Assembly (NCBI RefSeq): GCF_009914755.1
Contig: NC_060931.1
Direction: 5' to 3' (one strand)
DNA: 64,000 bases
DNA from: the human T2T-CHM13v2.0 reference genome, Homo sapiens
The position numbers and the translations under genes were made by a program. This document shows, piece by piece, positions 15,431 through 31,200 of this stretch. A model generated the notes under the pieces. That model saw only the letters and a list, made by a program, of their open reading frames with translations. It ran no database searches and had not been told where the DNA came from. Position 1 is the stretch's first letter; the number at the start of each line of letters is the position of its first letter.

Positions 15431-18413
15431 TATTATGAAATTCTTGAAGTAAATTCTTCAATTCCAGAAGTTCAGTTGATTTCTTCTTTAAAATAGCTAT
15501 TTTGTCTTTTAGCTCTTGGGCTGTTTTACGGAATTCCTTGAATACCTTGGATTGGGTTTCAACTTTTTCCTGGATCTTGATGAGCTTTGTTGCTACCCAG
15601 ATTCTGAATTCTCTGTCTGTCCAGTAGTCATTACAATCTGGTTAAGAACTACTGCTGATGGGTTAATGTGTTTGTTTCGGCATAAAGAGACACTCTGCCT
15701 TTTTGAATTGCCAGCGTTTCTTGCACTGATTCTTTTTCATGTGTGAGGGCTGATGTTCCTTTAACTGTGACATAAGTTGAGTATAGTCAGTTGGCTCCAT
15801 TTCTGGGTGCTTGCAGAGAGCCAAGGCTCTGTACATAATCTTTATTTATGTCTGGATTTTTGCCTTAGGTTTCACAGGTGCTGTATGCTGGCATAATGTT
15901 TTTGATGTTTCATTTGGGCTGTAATCCAGTAGGTGCTCCTTAAGAGTGGTGGCTGGCAGATAGCCTCTAACTCAGCCATGTAGCTCTGTTGTATTTTGGC
16001 ATACGCACAGTAGTACTCTGTGGTCAGGGGAGAGAGAGCTGACAACCTCACCAGGTTTGCTCCTAGGCCTTGGAGGAGCCCCTTCTGATCACTGGCACCA
16101 CGTCCACATTTTCTTTCTTAGGTGTTCTGGGCTATAGAGCTCCCTAAGGCAGAGACTGTGGCTGGTAGACAAGACTATACCCTTTCTGGAAAGCCCTTCA
16201 GAGGGAGACATGCCCTGCTCCCCCAACATCCTGAGAGCCCAGGGATCTCACCCTTTTCAGTATTCTGAGAGGGAGGGCGTCCTCCCCACCCCCTGCTTGG
16301 GGCTCTGCCCAAGTTAGGAGCAGGGTGAAGTTGAATCCTGCCCAGTTAGGAGCAGGATGAGTGGAGTCACCCAATTCACCATCGAAGTGCTTCCTGGGGG
16401 AACACAAAGCTCTCCTAAACCACAGGGGTTTAGCAGGTTTTCTGTCAAGAGGGAGTAGAGCAATCTGTCCATCTCCAGCACCATGACTGCAGCTTCTGTC
16501 AGGGCCATGGCACCTCAACCAGGCTGTTCCAGAGTCCAGGGCCTGGGGGGGTCCCCACGGACTTGAGTGTTGCCTCTGCAAAAACTCTGGGTAGCTCTCT
16601 GTATCAGTCTAGAGGCCCAAGGGAGTCATGGGGTTTTTCACATTCTCAGGATTGCACAGGTCACTGTGGGAAGTATGGATCCCCTGAGGACTCTTACTCA
16701 CTAATTCTATCCCTGTGTTGAGGAGCTTCTCCTGTCTTCATGCTGGTCCCAGGCAGGCAGCTGCCCAGCTTCGATTTTCTCTGTTCTCCATGTCCCATTA
16801 CTCCCTTGATGCATCCTGAATCCTGACGTGGTTTCTTAGATGATCCACTTAGAGAGTCCATGTTTACTCGTCACTATTTCCTCTCCACGAGAGCAGTACA
16901 CACTAGCTCCTCTAGTCTGCCACCTTGAACCCTAAGTCCTACATGTCTTTTAGTAGCCTTCTCTTCATAAAGCGAAATTTTCAGAGGCCAAAGGGTACTA
17001 ACTTCTGTGGCCACTGGTGTCATTTTGTGAAACTGGAAAAGCATACTTCCAAGCAACATGTTTACCAAAAAAGGAAAAAGCTAATGAAGGCAATGGATAA
17101 AAATTCAACCAGTAATCCTCATTTTATGTAATGTTAGAATTGAAGGGGATAAATTAGTTGGTTAACGTTCTTTTTTACATGTAAGAATCTTAGTTTAATG
17201 TTGCATGTTTTGAGTTTTGAGTTTTTTAAATTTATTTTCGACATAATTTATTTAATTGGAAGTTTATATAATTCTTATGAGCATTTTCCTAAAGGCAGAA
17301 TTCAACTGAGACAATTTTGATTCACAAATAATTATAAAAAGTAGAAAAACATCCATTATATGCTCTTCCCAGTTTTCCCTAATGATAGCACCTTATAAAA
17401 CTATAGTATTCTATCACAACCAGGATCCTGACTTTGGCTACGTAATCACCCATCTAATTCACATTTCCTCAGTTTTATGTGTGCTCCTTTGTGTGTGTGT
17501 TTAGCTCTCCACAATTTATTACTTACATAGGTCCATGAATAACCACCATAAAGACACTCCATAGCTCTAACATCACAATGAACCCTCATGATGCCCTTTT
17601 ATACCCACATCCACCTCCCTCTAGCCAGTCCCCAGTTGGTTAGTTTTAATAATGATGTGCCCCATTTTACAAAATACTTCAAAATAAATTATACTAAGCC
17701 AAATATGATTTTCTTTTAATTGTCATTAGGAAACTGGAGATGTGGTCCCTTGAGCGCTCATAAACATTGGAGATTTTAGGTCTGCAGCCTCTGACCTCTT
17801 CTCAATCTAAATATTCACTGCCTGGATGCTCTCCTCAAAGCCTATGATCATAAGCAGCATCTAGTCTCTGATCTTCCAAGTGTGTATCTATAGCACGAAA
17901 CTCTTGCAGGAGTTCCAGACTTAAATTTCCCATTGCCTACTTGAGTTTCAGCTTATGTGAAGACAAGGCACATTGAAATTAACAAGCCCAGAATAGAATC
18001 TCAATTTTCAGCTCCGTACCCCGATCATTCATGAGTAATGCCGTGTGATAAATGGCATGCCTCTCTACCAGTTGCTCAGGCCCAAAACCTACATGTCATC
18101 TTCGACTTCTCTCTCCCTCACAGTCCACATCCAATCCACCTAGAGTCATGTAGAGCGAAACCTAGAACCACATAGTTGAGACCTAGGCAGACCAGTATGC
18201 AGGGATTTTCAGGTATTATGAGTCTGTGGCCAGGTCTTTCTCTCCCTTTCCCTCTTCTGCACCCCCTCTCTTTCTTTGGGTGTGTGTGTACATTACAGTG
18301 TTTCTCTAGCCACTTCAAAGCACTATTTCAATTTGCCAGTATGGTTGGAAACTCTGTCACAGTGAAAATAATTATCTTTCTTTACTGAACCATCAGAACT
18401 TAAATAAGTGGTT

Positions 18414-18482
18414 GTGTGTGCACACACATATACACACACACACACACACAGAGAGATAGAGAGAGAGAGAGAAAAAAAAAAA
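18414..18482. repeat. Compound (CA)n(GA)n(A)n microsatellite
   Basis: Read directly from the sequence. Confidence 0.9.
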
Positions 18483-18610
18483 GAAGGGAAGGGGAGAAGA
18501 AATAAATAAAAGCCTGAATGGACAAAATTTAGGTCTAGGGCATTACAATTTAAAATGTTTCCATGCTGTTCCCTAAAAAATAAAAAATAAAAATAAAAAA
18601 AAATATTGTT

Positions 18611-19017
<407 letters not shown>

Positions 19018-19941
19018 CTACCAAGGCAATTTCACCTTTTAATGTCATTTTTTTTTTACTTTTAACTTCTGATTTCAACATTTTATTTAACAATAGATTA
19101 CTTTGCTCACAGATGTCCTTTCCTGGCAGATAACATTTTACAGGTCTTTTTAAAAGGGCCGTTAATCCTTGATCATAACAGATACCTAATGTGTATCTTT
19201 ATTATCTGCAATGCTTCTAGTTTCTATTATACAGATAATTTTGTCACTTCAATTATCAAAATACTTGACAAATATTTAGTTCAGAAAATATGCTTTTATT
19301 TTCCTCCTGTTCATTACACAGGGATTACTGTTTCCACATTCAGAATTCTCTCGGTTAGGGAATTCTTGAATTGGACCTTTGGAAGTCTGTAAAACTTTTG
19401 AAGTTGTGAGCAAAATTTTGTAGAGATGCATATTTTTTTCCCTTGGGGAATTATTTGAATTTCATAGCTTACTTGAGGTTCTCAAAAGGGTGATTAATTG
19501 AAAAGAGATAAAGAACCATGAATCTTCTGTATGAAAGCCTCTATTATTTCATTCTAGGAAAGGCCATATGACTTTTGATACATCAACCAGGGAAAACAGT
19601 CACCTCAGTCCTACACATCTTCAGACTTACACTTACAGAGATTTTCTAAATTCTTTGTAAAGGAACACTAAAACACAGGGTCTTAATAATGTTAACCTGA
19701 ATGGTCCATGATTTTATTAATTCCATATACATGTTTTCTATACCTACAGTACAGCATACCCTGTTGCAGGATTTTCAGTAACTACAAAAGTTGTGGCTCT
19801 CCAGGAGTTCATATGTTACGTTAAAAAAAAAAAAAGTAAAAATAGTAAGTAAAACAGATATCATTATGGGTACTCAATTAGGAGAAAAATGTTTTTCTGG
19901 AATGATAGCATCAGGATGGATTTGCAAAGATAGAAATATTA

Positions 19942-20262
<321 letters not shown>

Positions 20263-21768
20263 TTAATGACCTAATGTAACAGTCTATTAGTCTTGCCTTA
20301 CAAATATCAAACCCTAGGCTCTCCTTGCCCAGTCACTCTCCTGTTGCATGGGAGCAGCTCTGGGAAATAGGAAGGTCTTCGAGATCAGCAAATCTCCCTT
20401 TGCAGAAGTCCTAGGGAGAACTGGAAGCCTGTGCTGGCAGCCAACTATCCTACAATTAAGAAAATGTTAAACGTAGCATAAAATAACTACTAAGTTTCAC
20501 CCAACAGCTTTTTTTTTTTTTTTTTTCCAACTTATTATATTGCTCTTCTAGTACTTTAAAAACTATGAACATCAAAAACTTGAATTCATTAAATTTACTT
20601 ATATCTTAAAGAAAAAAGATCTTTTAAAAATGCTTTTCACAGTACTGTTTAGCATCATTGCCCTCTCTAATATATCTGTTCTCTAGAACCAAGATAAATG
20701 TCCTTATGTTAACATTGTCAATCACTAAAAAGGGGGATTAATAACTGTTTTTCCATAATCATGTCTTTGTATATGTTAATCCTAGTTAACTGCACTCTTC
20801 CTTCTCCTACTGAAAAAAAATCAATTAGTTCTTTCACTTAGTCCCCACACCAATTATGTCATACTCTTTTTGAGTGAATTGCACTCTTTTGTTTTCTTAT
20901 AATATTTATCTTTATCCTTTATTGTGAAAATATAAGTAGATTAGGGTTTATGATGTTATGCAAATTTGGTGTCTTCCCTGAGATTAATTCCTAGCTGGTT
21001 CACTGTATTTATATTATCTGTAAATCTAGTGATTTGTAGATAATACATTACAATAAATAATCAGCACAAACCTAATGCTGATTCCAAAAGAATACTCTTC
21101 CTAACACTTTCTTGCTTACCATATCTAGCAGCCCAGTGTTTCATTTGGAAATGCCAAATATGCATAGATTTTGCAACACGGCCTCAAAACAATGGTCAAA
21201 AGTTTTATTAAGTATTAGCAAATTAATGTACCTTATCAATAAGTGTCAATCCTCCACCATCACTTGAATCAAAAATTATTTACAATAAAGATAGAGCATA
21301 GCTCTACCCAACTGACTGTGATCATTTCTGCTGTTTTCTTTGCTGGCTCCCTACTCTCTCAGCCCACAAACACATGAGCTCTGTCCTCAGCTGTTCTAGG
21401 CTTCAGAGTGTCTGCAGTAATTTCTCAATGCAATGTCATACATCAGAACACAGCTGGGCCTCTCGCTTTGAGTTTCAGCTTTGCACTTCCAACTGAAGGC
21501 CAGGTCTTTGCTTTCAAGCATCTCACAATGACCTCAAACTAAAACTGAACTGATTTTATCACCCATTCCTCAATATGGTTCCCCTATTTCTGCATATGAT
21601 TCTCATTACCCTTGATTAGGTGAAAATTTCTGAGGGGGCAGAGGGAAGAGAAAGGAGGGAGAAGGAGAGGGAGAAAAAGGAGGGGAAGAGGGAGAGGGAT
21701 GAGGAAGGAGGGAAGGGGAGATGAAAAGAGTGAGGGGAGGAAGCAAGTGAAGAAGAATATAAAACCAT

Positions 21769-22090
21769 GGACTTGGCACGGTAGCTTATGCCTATAATCC
21801 CAGCATTTTAGGAGGCCGAGGTGGGTAGATTGCTTGAGGCCAGGAGTTGGAGACCAGCTTGGGCAACATGGCAAAACCCCTCTCTACTAAAAATGAAAAA
21901 TTAACCAGGTGTGGTAGCTCATGCCTGTAATCCCATGTACTCCAGAGGCTGAGGCATGAGGCGGAGATTGCAGTGAGCCAAGATGGCGCCACTGCACTCC
22001 AGCCTGGGCAACAGAGGTAGACTCTGTCTCGAAAGAAAAGAAAGGAAGGAAGGAATGAAGGAAGGAAGGAAGGAAGGAACAAACGAAGGA
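21769..22090 (+). mobile_element. Alu (J/S, right arm partly deleted) with (GGAA)n tail, preceded by a GA-rich tract
   Basis: Alu body 21769-22031; the tail has become GGAA repeats. Confidence 0.85.
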
Positions 22091-23110
22091 AAAGAATATA
22101 AGACTATGAATAAGAGAGAATGACCACCAAACATCAAACACTTCAAACACTTTAGCCTAACATTCGGGACTTCCCACATTCTATAGCAATCTACCTTTCT
22201 AGCCTCTTGGATAATTGCATTATCTACACATACAGATTTATCCATTATTTACCAAACATGTTACATTTTCTGAATCATGTATTTCTCTTGCCTGGGATCC
22301 TTTTTTTCACTACCTTCATTGTCCAGGTCAATCTCCAAATCTTCTTGGAAGATGACAAACCAATTACTTAACAACAAAGCAGGTACTATCTGATGACACA
22401 GCCTTCATAGTTGTCTTACTGTGCAACTTTTCAGGTATTTATGAGCTTTATATATTTCACCTTACCCTAATGATAGAAATAACACAAATTCACTTCTAAT
22501 GGTGAACGACTTGCGTTAATTTTATTCCAAAACAGAGTAATTCCACCTGTATTTGAAAGGTTCTTGGACTCCAATATCCCCTCTGTGTTGACCCATTTTC
22601 CAAGAGGCAGCCCCCTCAAAAACAAAAATAAAAACTGGTCCTTTTTCTTAATCATTGAGAATTAGCTAACAACTATAAGGTAACTAATGTTCTTTTTGTA
22701 ATTTCATACAACAAAAAGAACATAAGGAAATGAAGTCATTCCCAAACTCTCAAGAGCAACACATTCCCTGTGTGAAGTTATGTATGAAAGAATCAGGTAC
22801 CATTCTGTCTGCCAGATACAAAGCTTTTAAAGAACTCTCTTATAGCTACCTTCTAAATTATGCATTAAAAAATCTGACTCACAAATAGCAGTTTTTCATG
22901 GATTCTTGTAGAACAGTTATAAGGGTCTTAAAAATGCATTTCCCAAATCACATTTTCCTTTGAAAACTTAGAACAGGGAAAAGATGAATGAGTTAATTAG
23001 ATATAAAATTACCCTATGTGAACTGAACTAAACTATATTAAATAATGGATCAAAATGTTCAAAGGCAAGAACATAAGAAGTTTAACCTCATACATAAAAA
23101 CCGTGGGACT

Positions 23111-23651
23111 TCTATAACCTAGAGAATATGCATATATATTAAGTATATATATACACATATATGTATATACATAAGTATATATATACGCTAAGTATATATA
23201 TACACACATATGTACATGTGTGTATACATGTACATATATACACACATATGTACATATATACACACATGTACATGTGTGTATACATGTACATATATACACA
23301 CATGTACATGTGTGTGTATACATGTACATGTATACACACATATGTACATGTGTGTATATATGTACATATACACACATATGTACATGTGTGTATATATATG
23401 TACATATACACACATGTATATGTGTGTATATATGTATATATACACACACATATGTATATATGTGTATATATGTATATATATTTAGCGTATATTTAAGTAT
23501 ATATATACTTATATATATATAAGTATATATATATACTTATATATATACTTAGAGAATATATATGCATATTCTCTAGGCTATAGAGATTATATATATATAT
23601 ACACACACACTAAGATACATATATCTCTACTCTAAGATACATATATCTCTA

Positions 23652-23688
<37 letters not shown>
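23111..23688. repeat. AT-rich (TA/CA/TG) low-complexity quasi-palindrome plus pure (TA)n
   Basis: Self-complementary units such as tacacacatatgtacatgtgtgta. 30-bp inverted arms at 23111-23140 and 23555-23584. Confidence 0.9.
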
Positions 23689-23689
<1 letters not shown>

Positions 23690-25260
23690 TGGGATTTTGC
23701 TCTTAGTTAGATCCACTGGAAAAAAACTGCGGTAATAAAGAACAAGTTCACTGTGCTTACTGTGAATATCACTGCCCCCTGCTATATATATGAGATATAT
23801 ATAAACATGAAGATATATATATGTATATATATAAAACAACAGCAATAATGTGGCAAATTTTTGCATGTAATGAAATATTCTTTAGTATTTCATTTGGTAT
23901 TAACATTTCATCTTCTGGAAAAAAGGAATGAGCTATTATTTTAAAATAATTATTTACTAACTATACTTATCTCAATAAAATAGTTGAATCTGTATTCACA
24001 TTAATAGTGAATAATGCTGAGATTAAAGGAGTTTATCATTAAGTAAAGTAACAAAGACACTATCACTTTTCCAAAACTTTCCCAGAGCAGATTTGAACTC
24101 GAGTTTCAACATAATAAGAGTTCAATTTATACAGCACTTGCATACCAAAAACTGTCCTAAATTTTTATAAACATTATCTCATTTGAACCTCAGAGCCATG
24201 TCTCGTCCTCATCTTTCATTCTTTCATTTACTATATGTAAGTGCCCAACAATAGGAAACACAAGTAACATTACTGTACATATGGTACAACAGTACAAGCA
24301 TTAATATTTATTTGATGTTTAAGTTGTTAAAATGCCGTCAAAGAGGCATATGTAAACATCAATGCAAAGTACAATATGACAGGCTTTTGGGTTATAATGG
24401 GGAAACTGTAAGCTCTTCATACATTTTTTCTCTCCCCCAGTATAACAAAAGTGAATAGACACAGGGGCAGGAAGGCTTTCTGAAGGAGGTGGAATTTTTC
24501 ATGGGTCATGAAGAATGGAGAAGTAGGAATTCCAAATGAAGAGAATAACGTGAGGTAAAATTAAAATCCAAGAAAATACATGGTGTGAACTAGGAACAGC
24601 GAGTAATTCACTTTATCTAGAACACAGACTATAAAGAATCGTTACATGAGAAGGAACAGTTGAAATGCAGATGGGGCCACACTGAACACCACAACTGCTG
24701 AAAGCTTAACCAAGGAGTATAAATTTCATTTTTTTCCCTATATTCAAAGTTCAGTCATGATGAGATCAGGAAGGTGCTTCAATGATGTTTATCTAAAAAC
24801 AAAAGTATGTAGGATTAGAAGGAGAAAGTAGGTAAGAGATTACTGTCATGCTCCCTATGTGAGATAATGAAGTCTCCAGCTATGGCAATTGCTATGAAAT
24901 AAGACAAGAGTAGCAGATAATGTAGTATTATAGAGGAAACAGCAGTATGGAGTAATTCAGTTGGAAAGGCAATAAAAAAGGAAGGGCTTGTGATTATGAG
25001 TCAGAAAGGTGAATATGACATTAATAGAAGAACTAGGTATTGGATGAAAAAGAAAGTGACATTTAAATCTACTGAATTTCAGAAGTTTCATATCCATCAG
25101 TTTACCATGGGTTTAAGTGACACAGTGCGAAACGAGGAATTGATCTACCTAAAAAAGGTGGATAGCAGGGGGCAGTGGTATTCACAGTAAGCGCAGTGAA
25201 CTTGTTCTTTTTTACTACAGTTTTTTTTTCCAGTGGATCTAACTAAGAGCAAAATCCCAA
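23689..25260. repeat. ~97-bp inverted repeat pair (23689-23785 and 25162-25260)
   Basis: ttgggattttgctcttagttagatccactgg...actgccccctgctat is the reverse complement of atagcagggggcagt...ccagtggatctaactaagagcaaaatcccaa, with about 5 substitutions and an A-run length difference. Confidence 0.93.
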
Positions 25261-25959
25261 TATGTTCTAAATTCTCAAACTCTACAAGGTAGTGAACCTA
25301 TCTATATTTTTCAAATCCTATTGCTCTTCATATCTGACCATGTATACAGAGAGTACACAAACTTTTGACCATTGTTCATAGACTGAGATTTAAGCCTTGT
25401 TCATCATATATCAGAATCATGAAAATACTTTGCACGTAGGCAATGAAGTAGTTTTAGACATTTAATAGTAATAATAGAAGTCTTTCTGCCAGTTTGTAAC
25501 AAAAAGCTAGAAGTAATCATTGTCATCTATTACATAAGTAATATTCTGCTAAGATAACATCAGTTGGCCCTGCTCCATCTAAGGTGATTAGGGAAAATGG
25601 AAGCATTTAACTTTTTTCTAGTTTAAAGCAAAGATAATTTAAGATATTTTGAACCAAGAAGATATTAATCAGATAAAACGCATTAAATATCACTGATACT
25701 ATTTTGTGAGTATACATAAACACTTTTGCCACAGCCTTTTCAAAATGCTTTAAAAAAAGCTTTATATGAAAAATGAGAAGCTGTGCTAATCAGAACAAAT
25801 AAACAATTAAAAACAAAGTCTAATGCTATGAGCCTGACATATAGTGTCAAATAAATTTTTTAAAATAAATGATTCAATGTACTGTATAGAAGGAATTTAT
25901 TGAATATATAATGTTCTTTGTTACTGGCTGATTTTCTGAAGCTTTTCATCTTAACTATT

Positions 25960-26500
25960 TCCTTACCTTGTTAGTTCTTCTCTAAACCCACCTCAATAAG
26001 GTTTGCTCTCAACCATCCAAGGAGTCTGCCCTTATCAAAGTCAATAGTGTTTTCCAACTTGACAAATCCAAAGGTTACTTCGTTGTCATCTTACCAGACT
26101 TGGTAAGCAGGTGGCATAGAGATTAGCTTTCTCCTCCTTGAAATGGCTTCTCTTGGATTCCCTGATGCCTCACTCTCTAGTTCTTCTCCCACCCCACTGT
26201 TTCTTTCCTCTTGGTACAACCTCTAAATCCTTGTGTCCACAGAACTCTGTCCTGGGCTCCTTTTCTCCTTGAGCTCTAGACCCTCCCAAAGGGTTCTGAA
26301 GATGTCCCATGGTTTAAAATACTAATGTTATCTAAATGATTCCCAAATCTGTTAAAATTAAAATTTAAACAGATTAAAATTCCAGACTTCTATAACCAGG
26401 CATCACCTGCAATCTCGACATGGACAATCAATATTTGACTTCAGCATACACAAAACAGAACCCTTGATCCCCTCTGCCCACCCCGCCAAAATAATGTTGC
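25960..26500 (+). mobile_element. LINE-2 fragment
   Basis: Typical L2 body motifs (ctcctccttgaaa...tcttggattccctgatgcc; aatgattcccaaatct). Boundaries approximate. Confidence 0.55.
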
Positions 26501-27899
26501 TTCACAAGAAGAGGAACCGTCATACACCAAGAGCCTAGAAAAGTGCCCGAGTAGAACGGGCACTGTGTTAAAACAAAAATACCCTAATCAGAGAAGCCAC
26601 ATCATACTATGCTTAATATAAAAGCTCCAGCAGGTAAACACTGACAATCCCTAGATCCTGCCAGAAATTCCGACACTTTTATCTTGTCCCTTTAGAGAGT
26701 AGGTAGTTCAGTGTTTTGACCCAGGCCATAGTTCTCAAGTGTGGGAGCACAGTGGAATTCCAAAGGACAATACAGAGTGCAGACCCAAGAGGATGCAAAA
26801 ACAGTCTCGTAGATGAAGTCCAGCAGCCTAAGAACTTCATAGGCAACACAGAGGTAAAACCAGGCCCACAAGCAAAAGATCTACAGCAGAACAATGCGTA
26901 GTGCTTGGAGAGATTACCTGAAGGGCTAATATGTAGTTCCTGTTCATTTTAAACAACACTGGCCCATGCCCACAGTAGGGTGAGGCTACCTGCAATTCAT
27001 TCTTCAGATCACAGAGAAGGAGCTTTCCAGACCCTCAATTTGTTCCAGTCATTCCTTTGCTTATACCCCAACAGTGTTCTCTACCACAAGGTAAATTCCA
27101 AGCTCTTTGATCTAGTATATAAGGCCCTAAATATTCAAATCATTTCCTAACTTTTTAGCCTCTTCGGCTACTCCAGCAACACACACCATACCTCCCTAAC
27201 AGATTCCAATCCATTTCATGATCCTCATGCCTTTGTAAAAGCTGTTTTCTCCCTCATGGTTAATTTTGTGTTCATCATCCAAAACTCAGAATTACTGTTT
27301 TCTTAAAACCTTTATTAAACTTCAATTAAATGTCCAAGAAAGAATTGGGTTCCCACACTCCCAAACCAGCTCTATTTCCTGGCACCCAACTAGACTGTTC
27401 CCAGCTTCCCCTACATTAGATGTGACCACAGGACAAAGTCCTCAGATGGGATGTCAGGCCAGTGGTCCTCAATTCTCACTGTGCACCAGCATTATATGGG
27501 AAAATTATAAAAAAGAGGCATTGGGCCTGACCTCCACAGACCATTTCACTTAGTCTGAGGTGAGGCCCAAGTATTAAAGCTCTTCTATTCATTCTAATGT
27601 GCATACAAAGTTGGAGAGCACTAAAGAAATCCATGCCAACTATCCAATATAAATGAAGATGCTGCCACCCATGTGCTCCTGCTGTACAGTATACATACTC
27701 CCAGTAATGCACTGATCAACTATACCATTACATTTCATACATCTATATGATTTATACATCTATACCATTTATAAAACTATACAATTTTATACATCTGTCT
27801 ACTGACCACATATTAATGCCTTGAGGGAAGGAATCAAATCTTGTCATTTATGTATTTTCACTGCTTAACCTAGTAACTGACATTTTTCTTAAGTATTCA

Positions 27900-28230
<331 letters not shown>

Positions 28231-31200
28231 TAAATAAAAGAAAAAATATATATCAAATATATAATTTTAAATTTGTTAGAATATTTTCATTAAACAACCA
28301 TGAAAAATAAAGATACAGTTGCTTATTATGCTTGAAACAGTACACCCATATAATCCTTTCTTATTTATTAGTAGTTGAGAATAGACTTTGAAGTACTTCA
28401 GCAAAAACACTTTCTTTTTAGTATTACTACCACAAAGATGTGATCTCTTTGTAAAGCTGTGTTCTCTTATTTTTAAAAAGTGGAAAGTTGGGATAACTTT
28501 CTAATTTCCATGGAGCAGAATTAGATAAAGTAGAAAAATCTAAAAATAAATACAGGAATGTCTAAAGGTAATCTATATTCATTATCTAGGGAGATGCTGG
28601 AGAAAGCAAAGACAAATTCAACAAAACATTTTAGCAGAAACCTTATTTTAGAATATTCTTATGTAACTCTTCCACATGTAAGCCAAAGGTAAGAAACAAA
28701 ATAATCCACAGCCAAATGGAGCAACACTAATAAAGCCTATAATTTAATTTGTTAGGAATATGTTAAAATTACACTGACAATTTAAAAATTTTTGAGAGCG
28801 GAAACTTAATTCTACCAGAGACTCAAATTCATTTTAGTAAAATTAAATCCATCCAATTTACATTATGATACATTTATTTACCAAAAATTTAACACATATA
28901 TAAATATTATGGCCACTCCAATGATTAATTTCAGAATTTCAAAAATTCTGTAACAATCTAACTATTCTTAAGATCTTGTTTTTCCCTTGCTGCATCCCCA
29001 AACACAAATCTGCCATTTAATACATTTACTTAAATATTCTCCTCAAATGTTTTGAGATTTTAAATTATATATATATGAGAAAAATATACTCCTCCCTAAT
29101 TTTCATTACCATGGCATTTATTTTTCTATTTTGAAGTCATTTTTGAAAGTCATTTTGAAAGGTATCCAATGTAACTGTCAGTAGAATGTGCTATTATTTC
29201 TGCTGAAGTAGACACATTACTGTATGTTAAATGAAACCTATTATCAATCACAGGCTACTAGTTGGAAAAAAAAAAAAAAAAGAAGACAGTGGTGGAAGTC
29301 AGTCTCCAGTTTCCTTTGGGGATTCACATTTCTCTCCCTGTTTTCTTTCTGCACATGTTGAATGAAGATGTCCAAAATGGTTAATGCCTCATGGCTCCTG
29401 GACTTCTAGGGGAAGACACCCACGGTGACCACAGCAACTGCCTATTTATTGATTTCTTTAAACTCTTAGACTCAAAGCACTTAATCTCCAAAGCAAAAAC
29501 TTCTAGGGAAAAGAAATCATAAACTTGAAGCCTACTTTTTAACCATTCACAAATATTTCTGCTTATCCCTTACAAATACCCAAACAGTTCTGTGATGTTA
29601 CTTAACATGGGTGGTGTAGTCTTCAGACATGAAGAATTTGAGTGGGAGGAGGGATAAGTGAACAAGATCTCAGTTAACTTTGCTTTGACACTCGGGTAAA
29701 TCTGGGTGAGTCGCTTTCTTCAGTTAATGGAATGAGATTATAAAAGATTAATGAAAGCTGCTTTTGGCAGAAAAGAGCAGGGTCTAGATAGCTATAAAAT
29801 TTAGTTACTTAATCATTTTAAGAGACAAATATAGAAGTTAAAGGAAAATTATAGGAGTAGATATGGTACTATGTATCCCACTCTTCAGACTCTGTTCATT
29901 TAGGATTACATGCCTCTCTATAGTCCATAAGGTGCTTACCTACCTCTGTTAATATCTCAAATACAGCCCCATCTCCTGCTCATACTCCAGTAGTCAACGA
30001 TGTGAAGTTCCCCAAAAAGCCATGCATTTCATGCCTGCATTCTTTGCATGTGCCTGTCCCTCTGCCCAGAACACCTTAGCATCTACTCATTTTGGAGAAC
30101 CTCTTCATGATGTATCCAGAACCAGAGATTAACCACACCACTATAGCATTTACAACAGCATTTTTTTCTATAAACCTTGCAAAAATCTAGGTTTTATCTG
30201 TCTCTAGGTTCCTATTATTTAACACAATGCCTAGTGAAAACTCTCTCTCTCTCTCTACATATATATATATGCTCTGCATGATTATAGATAATGGGTTAAC
30301 TAATTAATTTGAACATACTGCATTACCTTATGTCTTATTTAAAAATAACTTTTCATAAACACATTTGTTTTAGGAAAGGCAGTTGATTAACTGGTACCAC
30401 TTAAGTAACAGCATTTTCATTTAAAAAAGTGAAATAAAATTATTCTAAGACTATCAAATATACAGTTTTAATATTATATAACATTGTTTCTCTAAAAGAA
30501 TATATATATTTGAAATTAACTGCATTTCCTTAAAATATTCCAAAATTAAACTTTCCACTGACAGATTATTCTTCCTTCACTCCTGTTCCTTTTTATAATA
30601 TCCTGATTCAATTAAATCACAGCTAACAATTTCAGATTCTTGTACTGTTATGCCACTCATTTTAGACTGTACATGTTGATCTTTACTTTTTTCTTAATAT
30701 TTTGTTCTATGAATGCGCACCACTGCAGATACATTGTTCTCAAATCAAAGAATCCAAAGTATGAAATTTTATTAGCACAATAGCTAATCTAGGTGCTACT
30801 TACATTGTTTTTATTCTTTTTTATGTTTTCTTGATAACAATAACAATTTGTCTTTCTATTATCCCTAATTTCATATCTTAACTATGGTATGTGCTATCTT
30901 CTATCTTAGTGTTTTAAAAGTTTCCTTCATGCCTTAATGTTGATAATTAATATGTTACTGGCTCTGACTCAAAGTAATGTAAATAGCCTTTTTCAGAAGA
31001 GAGTTTCCTGTTTTTCCACTCCTGATGCTAATCCTGAAGCTCTGGAACAAAGGATATTACCAAACGATGGCCATCGATGTCATGTGGCAGCCCTGGCAAG
31101 GCTCCCTTCCCATTCGTGTCCTTTCCTTCTTGAGTTGCCAGAGATTGCCTGGCTGCTGCCATCCTGCACATTTCACCAGAACAGCCCTCGATCCTGAGCT

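Noticed and set aside
23033-23522. Overlapping Y/I/H/T/C/M-rich ORFs on both strands
   Set aside because: Artefacts of stop-free TA/CA repeats.
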